DNA of 64,000 nt, taken from contig JAFTXO010000027.1 in assembly GCA_017461765.1 (NCBI GenBank), forward strand, positions 9,659 to 73,658. The letters are read 5' to 3'. Position 1 is the first letter of the stretch; every line of letters starts with the position of its first letter. The position numbers and the translations under genes were made by a program. Of this stretch, positions 17,989 through 27,752 are shown piece after piece. The stretch comes from Clostridia bacterium (lineage in GTDB: Bacteria > Bacillota > Clostridia > Oscillospirales > CAG-272). Under the pieces are notes generated by a model. That model was not told the DNA's origin. It ran no database searches and worked only from the letters and a program-made list of their open reading frames with translations.

Positions 17989-19704
17989 TTAACTTGAAAA
18001 ATTCCACAAATTTATTTCATAAATGCGATCAATATCCGTTTTTATCGCTTTTACATGGATAATATCTCCGCTTTGAACGAGCATAAGGCTCTCATCAGCC
18101 GAAACCGCTTTTTTGAAAACACAGTTCTGCTCGCCGTAGATTGCACTTATGTAGATAGTATCATTAGCAATTCTTACATCAGTAACCGTAATATCAGCAT
18201 CAACATCGTATACGTCAACGGAAATATCGGGCATTGAAGATGAGATCTTACCCTCGCTTATCAAAAGCTTGTTGTAAGCCTCGATTGCCTTTTCCTGAGT
18301 CGTATCGGTGGCAACGATGCTGTATTGCTCAACGTTTACAAGAGCATAAAGCTTAACAAGTCCGCCGGCATCCTTAAGAACCATAATATATGTAGCTTCA
18401 CCCGAAACATTTATAAGAGCAGGGAAGGAAGCCGTATATCCCTTTTCCTGAACCTCACCCTCGGCAGCAGCCATAGCGGAATGTTCTTCAGCTCCTATAA
18501 CAGGATAGAATTTATATTCGCCTGTGCGCGCGTTTGTCAGAATAAATCCGATATTACTCTTGTCACTGTTTACCGATGTAACACCCGTGTAATACCAAAC
18601 GTCGTCCTCAAGAATAACATATCCGAAATCATCGGTTGTCTGCTTGCAGTCCTTGTTTCCGAAAATACTGTTGAAAAAGCCACCCGAAAGCGTACCCTTC
18701 CAATTGTATTTGTCACATGCAAGATATCCGTCATATACCTCGTCGATCCAAGCAGGAGTGTTTTCTACAGAGTAAAGCTCCGAATTTCCCGTGCAGGGAT
18801 CAAAGATGATAACCTCATTAACGTCCATAGCACCGAAAATTCCAACCTGAGGCTTCATACAAGGAACAATAAATACAGGGTTGCCGTTATCGTCTATTTC
18901 AAATCTTGCATCACCGAAGATCTTTGTCGGATATGAAAAACGAAGCTTTCTTTCAAGGTCGTCACCGAAATATCCACTCTCAACATATTTAAGAGGCTTT
19001 TCAAGCTCTATATATTCGGCAGTATTTTGAACGGGATCGACCATAACATATCCGGGAACGCCGTTATCCTTGTTTCCGATCCATTTAAAGAAATCGGCGT
19101 ATTCCAAATTTGCAACCTTCTTTGGAGTTCTTAAATAGTTTATCTGACTGTAATTTTCCGATACCTCATACTGTGAAACCACATCTGAGAGAGAACCGAG
19201 CGTTCTGCTTCCGATTATTTTTGCCGTATCGGTATCCATTAAAGCAATATGCGTTACCTTGCTTGTCTCGGGCATATCGGTCTTGAATTCCGCCTCTGTA
19301 ACGCTTATAACGTTAGCATATGAATGAGCATTGAAAACTCTTGACGAGAAAAGACCGCCTAAAATCAAAACGACAAAGGGAATTGCGCATATAAGAATTA
19401 TAGGGAAGCGAAGCTTCTTTTTGCTTTTCGCAGCTTTAAATTCGTTTTCCTTCTTTTTCGGAAATACGACGTGCTTTTTTGTCATTACAAGCTTGACCTT
19501 CATCAAAAAGCCTTTTATATCATACTTGAAATAGTAGATCGGTAAAACGCCAAGCAATAATACAAAAGATAAGTAAAGCCAAAAACCGACACTGAAAATA
19601 TTAAGAGCGGGCATGGTAATATAGTAAACTATAAATGCAATAAAAAGCATAATAGCGTATGCGATAATATAAGAAACTATCTTCTTTTTCTTTGAATTTT
19701 CCAT
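17989..19704 (-). CDS. Membrane protein of unknown function (N-terminal TM helices, about 430-aa extracytoplasmic domain)
   Basis: 571 aa. Three hydrophobic helices lie in the first roughly 125 aa and the remainder is soluble-looking. RBS AAAGGAGG. No family recognised. Confidence 0.6.
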   Translation of the reverse strand: MENSKKKKIVSYIIAYAIMLFIAFIVYYITMPALNIFSVGFWLYLSFVLLLGVLPIYYFKYDIKGFLMKVKLVMTKKHVVFPKKKENEFKAAKSKKKLRFPIILICAIPFVVLILGGLFSSRVFNAHSYANVISVTEAEFKTDMPETSKVTHIALMDTDTAKIIGSRTLGSLSDVVSQYEVSENYSQINYLRTPKKVANLEYADFFKWIGNKDNGVPGYVMVDPVQNTAEYIELEKPLKYVESGYFGDDLERKLRFSYPTKIFGDARFEIDDNGNPVFIVPCMKPQVGIFGAMDVNEVIIFDPCTGNSELYSVENTPAWIDEVYDGYLACDKYNWKGTLSGGFFNSIFGNKDCKQTTDDFGYVILEDDVWYYTGVTSVNSDKSNIGFILTNARTGEYKFYPVIGAEEHSAMAAAEGEVQEKGYTASFPALINVSGEATYIMVLKDAGGLVKLYALVNVEQYSIVATDTTQEKAIEAYNKLLISEGKISSSMPDISVDVYDVDADITVTDVRIANDTIYISAIYGEQNCVFKKAVSADESLMLVQSGDIIHVKAIKTDIDRIYEINLWNFSS

Positions 19705-19720
19705 TAAGTAACCTCCTTTA

Positions 19721-19753
19721 AACAGAAAAGCCCACAGATAAGCGTCTGTGGGC
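19721..19753 (-). terminator. Terminator after asd, abutting the RBS of the next gene
   Basis: GCCCACAGA (19730-19738) pairs with TCTGTGGGC (19745-19753). The minus-strand T-run TTTTCTGTTT follows. Confidence 0.7.
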
Positions 19754-19760
19754 TAAAAAA

Positions 19761-20762
19761 TCATTTTATAAGAGCTTCAGCAATCTGGATCGCATTAGTA
19801 GCCGCGCCCTTACGCACTTGGTCGCCACAGCACCAAAGTGTTATAGCATTGTCAAATACGAGATCCTCGCGAATTCTTCCTACGAATACAAGATCCTGAT
19901 CGGATGTTACAAGAGGCATCGGATAAAGCTTGTTTTCTCCGTCATCATAGAGCTTACAGCCGTCAGCGTTTGCAACAGCGTCTCTTACCTGCTCAACTGA
20001 GAGCTTATCCTCTGTAAGAACTGTAACAGAAATAGAGTGAGAACGAACAACCGGAACTCTTACACAAGTGCAAGTAACCTTAAGCTCGGGCAAGTGAAGG
20101 ATTTTTCTGCCTTCATTTTGCATCTTCATCTCCTCGGTAGTATATCCGTTTTCGCCGAAAGAGCCGATGTGAGGAATTACGTTTTGAGCGATCTGGTATT
20201 GGAATACATCATTTTTGATCTCTGTTCCGTTTATAATAGCCTTCATCTGATCCTCAAGCTCAACAGGACCTTGAGCGCCCGCACCGCTTGTTGCTTGGTA
20301 TGTTGAAGCTACCATGCCCTTAATCTTTGAAAGCTTATTTATAGCGTTTACCGCAACGAGAGTGATGATAGTGGAGCAGTTCGGGTTTGAAATTATGCCC
20401 TTGTTCTTCTTAACATCTTCTGCGTTAATCTCGGGAACTACGAGCGGAACATCGTCACACATACGGAACGCGCTTGAGTTATCAACAAAAACAGCTCCTG
20501 CCTTTACGATATCGTCTGCAAATTTTTTAGCAACAGCGTTTGAAGCCGCACCGAGAACGATATCAAGTCCCTCGAAAGCGCCAAAATCAGCAAGCTTTAT
20601 TGTGATTTCTTCACCCTTAAAGGAGATCTTTTTACCAACGCTTCTTTCACTCGCCAAAAGTCTGAGCTCGTTTACAGGGAAATTTCTTTCTTCAAGGATG
20701 CGAAGCATTTCGCGTCCTACAGCGCCTGTTGCGCCGAGAATACCTACATTATATTTTTTCAT
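19761..20762 (-). CDS. asd: Aspartate-semialdehyde dehydrogenase
   Basis: 333 aa. MKKYNVGILGATGAVGREMLRIL... is present and the active-site region SNPNCSTI is typical of Asd. Confidence 0.93.
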   Translation of the reverse strand: MKKYNVGILGATGAVGREMLRILEERNFPVNELRLLASERSVGKKISFKGEEITIKLADFGAFEGLDIVLGAASNAVAKKFADDIVKAGAVFVDNSSAFRMCDDVPLVVPEINAEDVKKNKGIISNPNCSTIITLVAVNAINKLSKIKGMVASTYQATSGAGAQGPVELEDQMKAIINGTEIKNDVFQYQIAQNVIPHIGSFGENGYTTEEMKMQNEGRKILHLPELKVTCTCVRVPVVRSHSISVTVLTEDKLSVEQVRDAVANADGCKLYDDGENKLYPMPLVTSDQDLVFVGRIREDLVFDNAITLWCCGDQVRKGAATNAIQIAEALIK

Positions 20763-22087
20763 TCTTCTACCTCACTGAGATTATAAAGTACTTTGATTGT
20801 TTTTGAGTAATCCTTATCGTCAACACCAACGATGATATTAAGCTCATCAGCGCCCTGCTCGATTACTCTGATGTTTATATCGTTATTGCCAAGAGCAGTA
20901 AAGATCTTACCTGAAATACCGATATTCGAAGCAAGCTTTCTTCCAACTATCGCGATAAGGCTTATGTCGTTTGCAATCTTGATGCTGTCAGGAGCAACCT
21001 TTTCGTTTATACGAGTGATAAGCTCGTGCAAATGAGGCTCGATATCGGCGGATGCCACGATAATGGAGAAGGAGTCGATACTGCTTGGAATATGCTCAAT
21101 GGAAATCCCGAGCTTTTCGAATACCTCAAGAGTTTTTCTTATATAACCAAGCTCCTCGTTCATTCTGTTCTTGGCAATAGTGATGATCGAGTAGTGCTTC
21201 TTACCTGAGATACCTGTGATAAAGTGCGATTTCTTTTCTGCCTCTGTTTCATCAAAGGATTCCATAACGAGCGTACCGGGAGCAGTCATATCGTTTGTAT
21301 TCTTGATGTAGAGAGGGATATTTTTGCTTCTTACGGGGAATACCGTTTCCTCATGAAGAACCTCAGCGCCCATGTAAGAAAGCTCACGAAGCTCAGCAAA
21401 CGTAACCTTTTCAATAGGTCTGGGATTTGCAACAATTCTCGGGTCAACTGCCATAATACCGGATACGTCAGTCCAGTTCTCATACATATCAGCATCAATA
21501 GCCGCAGCCGCAATAGCACCTGTTATATCACTGCCGCCGCGGGAGAAGGTCTTAACGCTTCCGTCAGGCATAGAGCCGTAGAAGCCGGGAACTACGATCT
21601 TTTTATTCTTTGCAACGATAGCTGCAAGATTTTCATATGAGTTATCAAAGTTTACCTTGCCGTTATAGTCAAATATGAGCCAATCAGCGCTGTCAACGAA
21701 TGTAAAGCCAAGATATTCAGCCATAAGCTTTGCATTCAAATATTCACCTCTTGAAACGATGTAATCAACGCTCGTTTTCTTGTTGAGGTTAGCCTTTATC
21801 GTATTAAGCTCTGAGTCAATATCCTGCTTAAGAGAGCACGAAGCGGCTATTTCCTTGTATCTTTCAGCGACCTTTTCAAAAACATCATCAAACGGCGCGT
21901 TATATTTGATGTGCGCGTGTAAAATGTAGAGAAGATCGGTAACCTTTGTGTCGCCGCTGAATCTTTTACCGGGAGCGGAAACAACAACGACAGCTCTCGA
22001 TTTGTCTGCATTTATAATATTTTTAACCTTTGCGAAATTTTCACCCGAAGCGAGCGAAGAACCGCCGAATTTAACAACTTTCAACAT
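20759..22087 (-). CDS. Aspartate kinase
   Basis: 442 aa. MLKVVKFGGSSLAS... kinase N-terminus with a C-terminal ACT-like region. Its stop overlaps the asd start by 4 nt. Confidence 0.9.
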   Translation of the reverse strand: MLKVVKFGGSSLASGENFAKVKNIINADKSRAVVVVSAPGKRFSGDTKVTDLLYILHAHIKYNAPFDDVFEKVAERYKEIAASCSLKQDIDSELNTIKANLNKKTSVDYIVSRGEYLNAKLMAEYLGFTFVDSADWLIFDYNGKVNFDNSYENLAAIVAKNKKIVVPGFYGSMPDGSVKTFSRGGSDITGAIAAAAIDADMYENWTDVSGIMAVDPRIVANPRPIEKVTFAELRELSYMGAEVLHEETVFPVRSKNIPLYIKNTNDMTAPGTLVMESFDETEAEKKSHFITGISGKKHYSIITIAKNRMNEELGYIRKTLEVFEKLGISIEHIPSSIDSFSIIVASADIEPHLHELITRINEKVAPDSIKIANDISLIAIVGRKLASNIGISGKIFTALGNNDINIRVIEQGADELNIIVGVDDKDYSKTIKVLYNLSEVEE

Positions 22088-22090
22088 AAA

Positions 22091-23236
22091 TTATTCCTCA
22101 ATTCCTGCGAAGAATGCGTAAGAATCTTCCTTTAATATAGTATTTGCAACCTCGTGCATTTTTGAAACATTGATTTCTTTAGTAATTATATACTTATCAG
22201 CGCCGATTGTTTCCACCTTGTCGTAGAAATCAAAGCTTTCGCCATAGCTTGTCCTGATATAGTATTTTCTCTTTAAAAGAGAATTATTTACCTTAACCTC
22301 ATTCGGAGCATAATCAAGCTTGGTATCTCCGAGAGTAATATCAATAACGTCCTGAGCGAGCGAGTTTCCCGTAGGATATTTTCCTGCACCCTGTCCGAAG
22401 AAGGAAAGACGTCCGACGCTCTCGCCAAAGAGCGAGATCATATTGTTATTTTTGGTCACGTTCGTTTCAAGCGCGCCCTTTCCGAGCAAAGCAGGCTCAA
22501 CGAAAACGGAAACTCCGTCGTCACTCTTAACACCGAAGCCAAGATATCTTACATTCATATTAAGCTTCTTTGTTATATAGTCAACGTCAGCCTTTTTGAT
22601 ATTTCTAAGCGAGAAGATATCAACGTTTTCTTCCTTTATTATAGTATTAAAGGCAATGCTTGAAGAAATAGCCGTTTTTCTTGCGGTATCAAGACCGTCG
22701 ATGTCGGCAGAGGGATTAGCCTCAGCATAACCGAGCGCCTGAGCCTCTTTAAGCACCTCATCAAAATCGCGTCCGTCGGAGATCATAGCATCGAGAATGA
22801 AGTTCGTAGTACCGTTCATAATGCCCATTATCTTGTATATCTCGTCGCATCTTGCGTTTCTTTTGAGATTGTAGAGCCAGGGAATACCGCCGCCTGCGCT
22901 TGATGTAAACTTGATAGTAACGCCGTTTTCCTTAGCGAGAGAGTGAAGCTCGTCGTAATATGTGCAAATAAGATGCTTATTGGAGCTTACAACGTGCTTG
23001 CCCGCTTTGATAGCCTTAACTAAAAAAGTATGAGCAGGCTCAAGTCCGCCGATAGCCTCGGCAACGATGCCTATCTCCTTGTCATTTAAAATATCGTCGA
23101 AATTGGAGGTCAGCTTATCGCCAAGCTCGTCATGAGGTCTTATATCAAGAACCTTTTTTACCTCAAAGCCTGCGCGATTTAGCACATCATAAGCGCCCGA
23201 ACCCACAATTCCAAAGCCTAAAATGGCACTTTTCAT
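22091..23236 (-). CDS. hom: Homoserine dehydrogenase
   Basis: 381 aa. N-terminal Rossmann motif (ILGFGIVGSG); first gene of a hom-ask-asd string. Confidence 0.85.
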   Translation of the reverse strand: MKSAILGFGIVGSGAYDVLNRAGFEVKKVLDIRPHDELGDKLTSNFDDILNDKEIGIVAEAIGGLEPAHTFLVKAIKAGKHVVSSNKHLICTYYDELHSLAKENGVTIKFTSSAGGGIPWLYNLKRNARCDEIYKIMGIMNGTTNFILDAMISDGRDFDEVLKEAQALGYAEANPSADIDGLDTARKTAISSSIAFNTIIKEENVDIFSLRNIKKADVDYITKKLNMNVRYLGFGVKSDDGVSVFVEPALLGKGALETNVTKNNNMISLFGESVGRLSFFGQGAGKYPTGNSLAQDVIDITLGDTKLDYAPNEVKVNNSLLKRKYYIRTSYGESFDFYDKVETIGADKYIITKEINVSKMHEVANTILKEDSYAFFAGIEE

Positions 23237-23339
23237 AAAAAATTTACCTTTCTTTGTGTCTTTATTTCAAAAACACTTGTATTTCTGTTGGAAATAGTGT
23301 ATCATATAAGAAAGAAAAAATCAAGGGGTATTTTAAAAA

Positions 23340-24836
23340 ATGTTTTATTTAAGCACAAGAAATGAAAAAATCAGAAAAAATCCGTCCGAAGCAATTCTTC
23401 AAGGTATAGCAGATGACGGCGGACTCTTTATGCCCGATAGCTTTGAAAATGCTCAGTTCCCTATGAACGCGCTTTCTTCAATGACCGCAAAGGAGATCTC
23501 GGCAAAGGTACTCGCACTTCTTTTTGCAGGTGACGGTATGTTCACGGACGACGAAAGCGGAAGCACTGAATTTTGGAAGGCTGTATCAAGAGCATACGAC
23601 GGAAAGTTCGACGGAGGTGACTTTGCTCCTCTTGCGAAGGTTGGCGATGCTTACGTAATGGAGCTCTATCACGGTCCTACCTGCGCATTTAAGGATGTTG
23701 CGCTTCAGGTACTTCCTCAGCTTGTAAAGGAAGCGAAAAGAGTTACGGGAATGACAGATGAAATAGTTATTCTTACAGCTACCTCGGGAGATACAGGCTC
23801 AGCAGCACTCAGCGGATTTTCCGATGTAGACGGAATAAAGATAATCGTATTCTACCCGGAGCACGGTACAAGCGCTGTTCAGGAGCGTCAAATGGTGTCC
23901 TGCGACGGCAAGAATACCTGTGTTTGCGCGGTAAGAGGAAACTTCGACGATGCTCAGAGCGGAGTTAAAAATATTTTCGCAAGCATCAAATTGCCAAAGG
24001 GTGTTCGCCTTTCCAGCGCGAACTCAATAAATATCGGCCGCTTAGCGCCTCAGGTAGCGTACTACTTCAAGGCTTATCGCGATCTTCTTAAAAATGAAGA
24101 GATCAAAATGGGCGACAAGGTAAACTTCATAGTTCCCACAGGTAACTTCGGAGATATCTTGGCGGGCTATTTTGCAAAGAAGATGGGTCTTCCTGTTGGC
24201 AAGCTCGTTTGCGCTTCAAACGAAAATAAGGTACTTACCGAATTTTTTGAAACCGGAACATATAACAAAAACAGAGTATTCAAGATCACAAAATCACCCT
24301 CAATGGATATTCTTATCTCATCAAACCTTGAAAGACTTCTTTACCTTGTATGCGGAGCTGAAAAATGCGCTAAATACATGAACGATCTTAAAGAAAAAGG
24401 AGAATATACGCTTGAAAAGGATGAGCTTGATAAGATAAGAGCAGAGTTCGAGGCAGGTACTACTGACGATAAGGTAACTCTTGAAACGATAAAAAGAGTA
24501 TATGAGCAAAACGGTTATCTTATGGATACTCATACCGCAGTTGCTTGGGATGTATACGAAAAATGGCTCAAGGAAAGCGGAAATAAGGATAAGAGCGTAG
24601 TTCTTTCTACCGCATCCGCATATAAGTTCTCTGCAAGCGTGCTCGATGCTATCGGCGAGAGCTATGATGACGAATTTGACGCGCTTACAAAGCTTGAAGC
24701 AATTTCAAAGGTGAAGGTGCCAAGCGCTCTTGACGGTATCAAGAATAAGAAGGCGGTTCACTCCAATATATTAAATAAGGAAGATATGCTTTCCTTTGTT
24801 AGTGAAATGATAGGTAAAAAGGAATGGAGAAAGTAA
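23340..24836 (+). CDS. thrC: Threonine synthase
   Basis: 498 aa. MFYLSTRN... and the PLP-lysine region GPTCAFKDVALQ are typical of the long ThrC type. Confidence 0.93.
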   Translation: MFYLSTRNEKIRKNPSEAILQGIADDGGLFMPDSFENAQFPMNALSSMTAKEISAKVLALLFAGDGMFTDDESGSTEFWKAVSRAYDGKFDGGDFAPLAKVGDAYVMELYHGPTCAFKDVALQVLPQLVKEAKRVTGMTDEIVILTATSGDTGSAALSGFSDVDGIKIIVFYPEHGTSAVQERQMVSCDGKNTCVCAVRGNFDDAQSGVKNIFASIKLPKGVRLSSANSINIGRLAPQVAYYFKAYRDLLKNEEIKMGDKVNFIVPTGNFGDILAGYFAKKMGLPVGKLVCASNENKVLTEFFETGTYNKNRVFKITKSPSMDILISSNLERLLYLVCGAEKCAKYMNDLKEKGEYTLEKDELDKIRAEFEAGTTDDKVTLETIKRVYEQNGYLMDTHTAVAWDVYEKWLKESGNKDKSVVLSTASAYKFSASVLDAIGESYDDEFDALTKLEAISKVKVPSALDGIKNKKAVHSNILNKEDMLSFVSEMIGKKEWRK

Positions 24837-25702
24837 CGGTACGGGTCCCAGCAACAAGTGCCAATATCGGCTCGGCTTTTGACTGCGCCGGAATAGCGTT
24901 CTCGCTATACAATGTCTTTTCGTTCGAAAAGCTTGATAGCGGCGTGGAATTTGAAAACTTTGAAAAAGCCTATGCCGATAAGAACAATCTTGCTTATGTG
25001 GCATATAAGGCTGTATGCGACAGAATAAATGTAGAAAGCAGTGTAAAAATAACTACTGTTGAGGTGAATGTTCCGTTTGCAAGAGGACTTGGCTCTTCTG
25101 CAACGCTTGTTTGCGCAGGAGTAGTGGCGGCAAATCTGCTTAACGGGAAAAAGCTTACGGACAATGAGCTCTTGGAGATAGCAAACAGTATAGAGGGACA
25201 TCCCGACAACGTAGATCCTGCGCTTTTCGGAGGATTATGCTCCTCTGCGATTTGTGATGGAAAGCCCGTTACCGTAAAATTTGATGTTTCGGATAAAATA
25301 TATTTCACTGCTTTGATACCGAATTTTGAAGTAAAAACATCAGATGCAAGAAAGGTATTACCCGAAAAGTATTGCAGAGAAGACGTAATATTTAATATGT
25401 CACGCACAGCGCTTTTACCATATGCATTTGAAAAAGGCGATTTTGATCTTATAAAAACAGTAACTCAAGATAAAATTCATGAACAGTACAGAAAAAAGCT
25501 ATTTAAAAATATCGACGAAGTGGAAAAAATAGCGTATTCGTGCGGAGCAGTTTCGTTTTTTATAAGCGGCGCAGGCTCTACGTGTATGTGTATTTCAAAG
25601 CAGCCTATAGATGACGTTCTTAACGAAAAGCTTAAAAATATAGAAAACGCATGGATAGCGCTCCCCTTAAAGATAGATAGCCAAGGTACGAAAGAGGTGT
25701 AA
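24824..25702 (+). CDS. thrB: Homoserine kinase
   Basis: 292 aa. VRVPATSANIGSAFD and the GHMP motif RGLGSSAT are present. The gene overlaps thrC by 13 nt. Confidence 0.92.
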   Translation: MEKVTVRVPATSANIGSAFDCAGIAFSLYNVFSFEKLDSGVEFENFEKAYADKNNLAYVAYKAVCDRINVESSVKITTVEVNVPFARGLGSSATLVCAGVVAANLLNGKKLTDNELLEIANSIEGHPDNVDPALFGGLCSSAICDGKPVTVKFDVSDKIYFTALIPNFEVKTSDARKVLPEKYCREDVIFNMSRTALLPYAFEKGDFDLIKTVTQDKIHEQYRKKLFKNIDEVEKIAYSCGAVSFFISGAGSTCMCISKQPIDDVLNEKLKNIENAWIALPLKIDSQGTKEV

Positions 25703-25703
25703 A

Positions 25704-26144
25704 ATGCCAAGCAAAAAGTATCTTCTTGTGGATAAATGCATATTGCCCGATTATTACGAAAAGGTGATTGAGGCAAGGGCGCTTCTTTCCAGCGGAAAGG
25801 TAAAGGATGTATCCGAGGCGGCAAAAAGCGTAGGTATATCGAGAAGCACGTATTATAAATACAAGGATTACGTTTTCGCATTGAATTCCGATACGGAATG
25901 CCGTAAAGCAATAATCTCGTTAACACTGTCTCACAAGGCAGGAATACTAAGCGAGGTGCTCAGTGTTCTTTCGGAAAACGGAGCAAATATTTTAACCATA
26001 ACGCAAAATCTACCAATAAATTCCCGCGCTCACGTCGTAGTATCACTTGATATTTCGGAGCTTAATATGGATATAGATCATCTTATATCCGCGCTTAACG
26101 ACATTAAGGGAGTATCAGGTGCAAAGTTAGTATCAATTGAATAA
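25704..26144 (+). CDS. UPF0735 ACT domain-containing protein (PheB-like)
   Basis: 146 aa. N-terminal HTH-like segment (VSEAAKSVGISRSTYYKYK) plus a C-terminal ACT domain. This is the common partner of thr/phe genes in Firmicutes. Confidence 0.8.
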   Translation: MPSKKYLLVDKCILPDYYEKVIEARALLSSGKVKDVSEAAKSVGISRSTYYKYKDYVFALNSDTECRKAIISLTLSHKAGILSEVLSVLSENGANILTITQNLPINSRAHVVVSLDISELNMDIDHLISALNDIKGVSGAKLVSIE

Positions 26145-26151
26145 ATAAAAA

Positions 26152-26181
26152 ACGGAGCTTCAATTTGAAGCTCCGTTTTTG
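26152..26181 (+). terminator. Terminator of thrC-thrB-ACT operon
   Basis: ACGGAGCTTCA-ATT-TGAAGCTCCGT followed by TTTTTG. Confidence 0.85.
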
Positions 26182-26353
26182 TTATAAAGTAAACCACCAT
26201 CAGTGCTGGTGGTATCCAAAAGCTTTAGCTATGCACAGTTCCTGTCACAGTGGAAGGCTACCTTTACACAAGAGAGGCTTTTTACACGCAAGTGCGCACT
26301 TACTCACCACCTATTGTGGTAGTGTAATAGAAAACAAATTAAACAACTAAAAT

Positions 26354-26395
26354 ACCGCCGAAAGTACCAAATGGTTACTCTCGGCGGTGTTTTTG
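26354..26395. terminator. Long hairpin terminator (strong T-run on +, weaker on -)
   Basis: ACCGCCGAAAGTA...TACTCTCGGCGGT followed by GTTTTTG. It lies just downstream of the minus-strand sigma gene stop (26403) and 170 nt after the previous + terminator. Confidence 0.7.
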
Positions 26396-26402
26396 CGTTT
26401 AA

Positions 26403-27674
26403 TCAAATAATATGATCCGTAATGCAATCATACCAATGAACGTATGTTGTGCCATTTACAGTAAGTCTGTCATTTTGGGGCAACTGCTCACTCCACGGTT
26501 TCTTGTAATGGTCGATAGCCCAATCATCACGATTGTATCTGCGCCACAGAATCGTCTTTCCATCCTTGTCCAAGAACTGCTCGGAAACAACGCCATAGTT
26601 ATAGGTTTCAATATCCATAACGCATACAGTATCATAGCTTTTGCCGCCGATGGTAACGGTGTATCTACCAACAATATCCAAGAGGAAATCTTTGTTGACG
26701 CTCGTAACAGAGTTTCCAACTCTCTGAATATCACCTTTAACTGTCAGGTTTGTTTCGTTTCCGCAATTATTTTCTCCAAATCCCCAGTTCGGCATAAATT
26801 CATCTCCGTCAAGGAAGGTAATGTAATTGCGAACATCTTCGTCATTTCGGAGTGTTGCAAGGTAACGACAATGTGTATCTGTAAGTTGTGCTACAAAAGT
26901 ACGATTGATTACCTCATTCTTATCTGAGTAGGATGCTTCTCTTGCTGTAAGCTCCACACCCTCAATGCCGTGAACCTTGGCTTTGCCAGTAACTTGCATA
27001 TCATAAACATGGCTACACTTGCGGGAAGGAATATAATACATAGCCCAAGACATTTTTTCGCCAAGCTTGGGGACCAAGAACCATCCCATAAGTTCTTCCC
27101 ATTTTACAGAGAAGGGGGCTTCGGCGCTTGCTTCAATTCTGTATTCGGGAATATATTCGGGTAACTTTTTCATATCGTTTTCTCCTTTTGATACTTCGGT
27201 GCTATATGGATATTTGGTTTTGAAATTTTGTTTTGCTGTATATAGCCTGCTTTTTACTGTTCCAACAGGAATGCTCAGTTGTTTGGCAATTTCAGCTTGC
27301 GGAAGCTCTTTCCAAAAATAAAGATACAAGATTTGCTTATCTTTATCACCAAGTAAATTCAAAGTCTCCCTTACTGTAGCAACCACTGAAACACCTTGTC
27401 TGCTGTCTGATAATTTACTTTCAGTTATTTCATCAATCGGAATTTCATACTGCCTTGCTTTCTTACGAAAGTAGTCATTGCATTTATTTCTTGCAATGCT
27501 GATAATCCATGACTTAAAAGAGTCCTTGTTTTTTAATTGTGAGAATTTTTGATAAGCAGCAAGATAAACCTCTTGTAAAACATCGTCAGTATCCATTTTG
27601 GAGTTTAAACGAAATCTCACAAAACGCTCCACAGACACTCGTTCTGCTTCCAACAACTTTTCAAATTCATCCAT
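26403..27674 (-). CDS. ECF-type sigma-70 family factor fused to a roughly 255-aa C-terminal domain of unknown function
   Basis: 423 aa. Region 2 (DDVLQEVYLAAYQKF...SWIISIARNKCNDYFRK) and region 4 (LPQAEIAKQLSIPVGTVKSRLYTAKQ) lie in the first roughly 160 aa. The remainder is beta-rich with no TM segment. Confidence 0.8.
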   Translation of the reverse strand: MDEFEKLLEAERVSVERFVRFRLNSKMDTDDVLQEVYLAAYQKFSQLKNKDSFKSWIISIARNKCNDYFRKKARQYEIPIDEITESKLSDSRQGVSVVATVRETLNLLGDKDKQILYLYFWKELPQAEIAKQLSIPVGTVKSRLYTAKQNFKTKYPYSTEVSKGENDMKKLPEYIPEYRIEASAEAPFSVKWEELMGWFLVPKLGEKMSWAMYYIPSRKCSHVYDMQVTGKAKVHGIEGVELTAREASYSDKNEVINRTFVAQLTDTHCRYLATLRNDEDVRNYITFLDGDEFMPNWGFGENNCGNETNLTVKGDIQRVGNSVTSVNKDFLLDIVGRYTVTIGGKSYDTVCVMDIETYNYGVVSEQFLDKDGKTILWRRYNRDDWAIDHYKKPWSEQLPQNDRLTVNGTTYVHWYDCITDHII

Positions 27675-27723
27675 ATCCTCACCTCTTTTGGTATATGTGC
27701 GATTAAAACCGGTTTCACTTATA

Positions 27724-27752
27724 TAGACGAGTGTTGGTATCGAAAGGTTCAG
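27724..27752 (-). promoter_or_regulatory. ECF-type promoter-like motif upstream of the sigma gene
   Basis: The minus strand reads TGAACC, then 16 nt, then CTCGTCTA (GAAC at 27750-27747, CGTC at 27729-26). The AAC/CGT pattern is typical of autoregulated ECF promoters. Confidence 0.4.

Noticed and set aside
23237-23339. Expectation of a lysine riboswitch or T-box leader in front of the aspartate kinase / homoserine dehydrogenase genes.
   Set aside because: The divergent intergenic region is only about 100 bp and is fully occupied by two promoters and RBSs. There is no room for such a leader, and none of the conserved L-box or T-box strings were seen.
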